Shown piece by piece: positions 60,003 to 64,000 of a stretch of DNA of 64,000 nt. The DNA is from a virus. The stretch lies in the IMG/VR virus record IMGVR_UViG_3300034105_003891, positions 2,593 through 66,592 of that record; one strand, written 5' to 3'. Below the pieces are notes generated by a model. That model made no database searches and was not told where the DNA came from. It saw only the letters and a list, made by a program, of their open reading frames with translations. A program made the position numbers and the translations under genes. Numbering within the stretch: position 1 is the first letter of the stretch; the number at the start of each line of letters is the position of its first letter.

Positions 60003-60503
60003 ATGCCATATAGAATACTACTTAGAAGGGACTTATCACAGAATTGGGACTATAATGATCCTGTACTTATGACAGGGGAACCTGGTTACGAAATTGACAC
60101 CAGAAAGTTTAAAATGGGAGATGGTCAAACCCCGTGGTCACAACTTCCGTATTATTGTGGTGTAACCGGGCCAGCGGGTCCAACATTACCATATAAATCA
60201 TATACTGCTTTATTAACACAGACTGAAGAAAATGATCCGGTTGCGACTATACTTGAAAATACCATCGGTGATATAGTATGGACAAGGCTGGGAGCTGGTT
60301 CTTACCTAGCAACAAGCGATAATTTATTCACAGAAAATAAAACAACTATATTTATGACAGGAAACAGTAGTTTAGTTTTTGGAATTTACCCAAGCATCAA
60401 TACACCAGGAACAGAAATAACAGTAGAAACTGGTTCTCCTAATGAAACACATCTTGATCAAATACTAGATAATACCCCAATAGAAATAAGAGTATATAAT
60501 TAA
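60003..60503 (+). CDS. Third Mtd-N-like fibre-associated protein
   Basis: RILLRRD...DPVLMTGEPGYEIDTRKFKMGDG. Confidence 0.75.
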   Translation: MPYRILLRRDLSQNWDYNDPVLMTGEPGYEIDTRKFKMGDGQTPWSQLPYYCGVTGPAGPTLPYKSYTALLTQTEENDPVATILENTIGDIVWTRLGAGSYLATSDNLFTENKTTIFMTGNSSLVFGIYPSINTPGTEITVETGSPNETHLDQILDNTPIEIRVYN

Positions 60504-60583
60504 AAATTAAATAATCAAATTTTATTTTTAATTTTCGAAATTTTATCCTACATTTGCATAAAATAAAGGATAAAATTTTTTCT

Positions 60584-62677
60584 ATGAAAACCGGAGACTA
60601 CAAAAAGAAAATCTCGCCATCCATGGACAAGCACCAAGGAGAAGACGATGAAGATTACCAAAGCGATTATAAAGGAAAAAAGACCACAAGCAAAACACCA
60701 ATGCTTGATGCACACTCAACGAATTTAACGGATATTGCACTAAGGGGTGAACTAGATCCCATTATAGGAAGAGATCCTGAGATTGAAAGGATATCCCAGA
60801 TTCTTTCCAGAAGAAAAAAGAACAATCCTGTGCTTATAGGGGAACCTGGAGTTGGTAAATCAGCAATAGCTGAGGGACTTGCCATAAAAATAGTTCAGAG
60901 AAAGGTTTCACAAACATTATTAAATAAAAGAATTCTAACCCTAGATATGGGTTCATTAGTTGCTGGTACGAAATACAGAGGACAATTCGAAGAAAGAATT
61001 AAATCAATCATCGATGAACTTAAAAAGAATAGAGACATTATTATTTTTATCGATGAGCTACATACAATAATAGGTGCAGGTGGATCCTCGGGATCACTTG
61101 ATGCTTCGAATATGTTCAAGCCAGCTCTAGCAAGGGGAGAGATACAGTGCATTGGTGCTACAACACTTAATGAATACCGCCAGCATATCGAAAAAGATGG
61201 TGCTTTAGAAAGAAGATTCCAAAAGGTTCTTGTAAACCCACCAGATACGGAAACAACCATCGAGATTCTAAATAGTGTAAAATCCAAATATGAGGATCAT
61301 CATAACGTAAAATACACAGACGATGCCATAATCAATTGTGTAAAACTCACAGAACGCTATATAACGGATCGAAACTTCCCGGACAAGGCTTTAGATGCAT
61401 TAGATGAAGCAGGCAGTAGAACGCAGCTAAGCGATGTTAAAGTACCCGAGACGATAACAAGGCTAGAAAAGAATTTACTTCAGATAGCAATTGACAAGCA
61501 AATTGCAGTTAGAAAGCAAGATTATGAAGGTGCAGCAAAATTCAGGGATCTGCAAAGACACACTGAGGTGTCATTAGAATCAGAAACAAAACTCTGGGAA
61601 GCAAAACTTAAAGGTAAAAAGAAAACAGTTGATGGGGAAAAGGTTGCTGAGGTTGTAGCTATGATGTCGGGTGTACCGCTCAAAAAGGTAAACCAAGATG
61701 AAAACTTAAAGCTTGCCAATATGAGCACAGATCTAAAAGGTAAAGTTATCGGGCAAGATCATGCAATCGAAAAAGTATCGAGAGCAGTTCTAAGAAACCG
61801 CATGGGAATAAAAGACCCAAATAAACCAATTGGTACTTTTCTTTTTCTTGGTCCAACAGGTGTGGGTAAAACCGAATTAGCTAAGGAACTTGCTAAGCAT
61901 ATGTTCGGTGAAAGTGATTCACTAATAAGAATTGACATGAGTGAATATGGGGAAAAGTTCGATGCAACTAAAATGTTTGGCGCACCTCCTGGATATGTTG
62001 GACACGAGGAAGGTGGACAGTTAACAGAAAAGGTTAGAAGAAAGCCATACTCCATTGTGCTATTCGACGAGATTGAGAAAGCTCATCCCGAGATATTTAA
62101 TACGCTCCTACAGATACTGGATGAGGGACATTTAACAGACGGGCAAGGCAGAAAGATCAATTTTAAAAACACGTTGATTATACTGACATCCAACGTTGGT
62201 CAAAGGAAATTATCGGAGTTCGGTACTAGCAGTGGATTTATAACCTCTGCAAAATCGACAAGTAAAGAATTTGAAAACGAAGCTCTACTTAAAAAAGAAT
62301 TGGAAAAGAAATTCTCACCTGAATTTATAAACAGACTGGACGATATCATTTACTTTAAAGAGCTTGGTAAAGAAAACATGTTGGATATCCTTGATGTCGA
62401 ACTAGTAAAAACCATACCAAGAATAGAAGCGTTGGGATATAAGATAAAAATTTCACAGGATCTTAAAGAAAAAATATGTGAGGATGGATTTAACCCAAAA
62501 TTTGGTGCTAGACCATTAAAGAGAGTCATTCAAAAATATATTGAAGACACGCTAGCTGATTTAATGGTTCAAACAAAAATAGGGGAAGGAGATTCTATAA
62601 CTTTGTCATTCGATAAAACCAAGGATGGAGGCATACAACCACCAGTAAAAGTCAGGATAATCTCAAAAAAGAAATAA
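60584..62677 (+). CDS. clpC: ClpC-like Hsp100 AAA+ ATPase lacking the Clp N-domain
   Basis: GEPGVGKS and GPTGVGKT Walker A; FIDELH; LFDEIEKAH; UVR-like QDYEGAAKFRD middle domain. Confidence 0.85.
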   Translation: MKTGDYKKKISPSMDKHQGEDDEDYQSDYKGKKTTSKTPMLDAHSTNLTDIALRGELDPIIGRDPEIERISQILSRRKKNNPVLIGEPGVGKSAIAEGLAIKIVQRKVSQTLLNKRILTLDMGSLVAGTKYRGQFEERIKSIIDELKKNRDIIIFIDELHTIIGAGGSSGSLDASNMFKPALARGEIQCIGATTLNEYRQHIEKDGALERRFQKVLVNPPDTETTIEILNSVKSKYEDHHNVKYTDDAIINCVKLTERYITDRNFPDKALDALDEAGSRTQLSDVKVPETITRLEKNLLQIAIDKQIAVRKQDYEGAAKFRDLQRHTEVSLESETKLWEAKLKGKKKTVDGEKVAEVVAMMSGVPLKKVNQDENLKLANMSTDLKGKVIGQDHAIEKVSRAVLRNRMGIKDPNKPIGTFLFLGPTGVGKTELAKELAKHMFGESDSLIRIDMSEYGEKFDATKMFGAPPGYVGHEEGGQLTEKVRRKPYSIVLFDEIEKAHPEIFNTLLQILDEGHLTDGQGRKINFKNTLIILTSNVGQRKLSEFGTSSGFITSAKSTSKEFENEALLKKELEKKFSPEFINRLDDIIYFKELGKENMLDILDVELVKTIPRIEALGYKIKISQDLKEKICEDGFNPKFGARPLKRVIQKYIEDTLADLMVQTKIGEGDSITLSFDKTKDGGIQPPVKVRIISKKK

Positions 62678-62955
62678 CCAATAAAAAAGCCTAGATATCA
62701 TCTAGGCTTTTTTATTTTGAAGAATTTTTTCATTTTGATTATATATGATAAAAAATATACAATCATGGGAGATGAAACAAAAAATGATAATCTACTTTCA
62801 GAAAATATTATTCTAAAAAATAGGATGTCTTTCTATGCTGGATCTTTGGAAGCAGTTAACTATCTTTTAAATAAAGATGAAGACGTAGTCGGCAAGAATC
62901 TAGAACATATAAAATACATAGTTTCGACAATTCTGGATGGGTTGAAGAAAGAAAT

Positions 62956-63507
62956 CTAGATAACTTTTATTATTTCTATACTGGAACCTTTATAACCCTC
63001 AGTCTCCTTTGCAAGTCTGAGATTATCCTCGCTATCATCGAAGAATATAAGATCTGTATACCCATCATCTATAAATTCCTTTATTGCTTGTTTTTTCATT
63101 TCTGCAACTGATCCAGTATAGTCATACATGGGATCATTAATTGCAATAACAAGGTCAGGATGTATATCTATTCCATTCTCAAGAAAGAATTCTCTAACCA
63201 TTTCCGATGAACTTCTAGCAGTCAATATCGAAACGGGAACACCGGAATTATAATATTCCTTTAGTCTATCAAACACATAAAATATAAACTTACCAAGCCT
63301 TAGTATTTCTGGACAATTAAAATCATCAAAATCCAAAATGTGTGTGGATTTAGTTCTAAATAAATTAAATTCCTCAGGTGACAGTTCTCTTATTATTACT
63401 CCAGTCTTTCTATCTATTATCTTAATCTTTGCATCAGTTCTAATAATAGTATCATCAAGATCAAATATAACCAATTTATTCTCCTTTATGTCCTTCAGTT
63501 TTATCAT
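62956..63507 (-). CDS. HAD-family phosphatase
   Basis: FDLDDT, ILTARS, K, FFDDSEDN. Confidence 0.8.
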   Translation of the reverse strand: MIKLKDIKENKLVIFDLDDTIIRTDAKIKIIDRKTGVIIRELSPEEFNLFRTKSTHILDFDDFNCPEILRLGKFIFYVFDRLKEYYNSGVPVSILTARSSSEMVREFFLENGIDIHPDLVIAINDPMYDYTGSVAEMKKQAIKEFIDDGYTDLIFFDDSEDNLRLAKETEGYKGSSIEIIKVI

Positions 63508-64000
63508 TTATATTTTAACGTTTATATAAACAGCATTTGGTGTTATGTTTTTTTCACCTGTTTTTTCGTAAACTAGAGTTGATAATCCATCACCCATAAT
63601 AGTTTCGATTGTTGGATTACTACGGAAATCAAAAAACTTGTTTAGGTTTTTCTGATATGGTATTCCGTCTATATGTCTACTATGATCCAGCGATTTATAT
63701 CTGCATGATTTTCTTGATGTTTGTACACCCAACATAGCGCATCTAAGAAGAACGTCATCATCCTCCGCTCCCCATCCCCAATATTCATTTGCATAGCCAT
63801 TTATTTTTCTAAAGTTTGCTTTATCAAATATGGTAACACCGCCAAAATATCCATCATACGGAAGCTTAAATTCAAACTGCTCAACCTCAGTTGCCAAATG
63901 AGTAGGTTCTTCAACATAACTATAATCTGAATCAGTTGGAAGCATATCGACATCATGAAATGCAAAATAATCAAATTCCTCAGATTCTTTAAACCCAACG
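63508..64000 (-). CDS. GT7-family (beta-1,4-galactosyltransferase-like) glycosyltransferase, 5' end outside window
   Basis: FHDVDMLP, YFGGV, NGY.N.YWGWGAEDDD. Confidence 0.88.
   Translation of the reverse strand, partial: VGFKESEEFDYFAFHDVDMLPTDSDYSYVEEPTHLATEVEQFEFKLPYDGYFGGVTIFDKANFRKINGYANEYWGWGAEDDDVLLRCAMLGVQTSRKSCRYKSLDHSRHIDGIPYQKNLNKFFDFRSNPTIETIMGDGLSTLVYEKTGEKNITPNAVYINVKI

Noticed and set aside
56018-60503. Diversity-generating retroelement suggested by Mtd-N-like domains
   Set aside because: No reverse transcriptase or template/variable repeat pair in the window
1-64000. Stop-codon reassignment
   Set aside because: Long genes are intact in the standard code, TAG and TGA end normal genes, and no CTA or TCA anticodon tRNA was found

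Overview
64 kb of a large, AT-rich dsDNA phage genome (T4-like/jumbo type) that most likely infects a Bacteroidota host. The host call rests on TAnnTTTG promoters, A-rich leaders without Shine-Dalgarno sites, a host-type sigma factor and boxA-like sites. Layout: (i) about 6.8-24 kb is an early region of small ORFs built from repeated terminator/operator/promoter cassettes with three recurring DNA motifs, bracketed by two GC-rich non-coding blocks. (ii) Many genes follow a GATATATA motif and start with an MKHIKxFExF-like peptide resembling the T4 capsid-targeting sequence. (iii) 40.7-54.6 kb holds 28 tRNA genes covering all 20 amino acids, 3 endonuclease genes and several tRNA-like or structured RNAs. 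(iv) The rest includes fibre proteins, a ClpC-like ATPase, a HAD phosphatase and a GT7 glycosyltransferase. Main finding: each of the two tRNA blocks is preceded by a copy of one duplicated promoter, an unannotated leader ORF and a terminator/antiterminator pair. The codons of each leader match the tRNAs of its own block. This looks like ribosome-stalling transcription attenuation of phage tRNA arrays. All calls were made by eye; no folding or database search was run.
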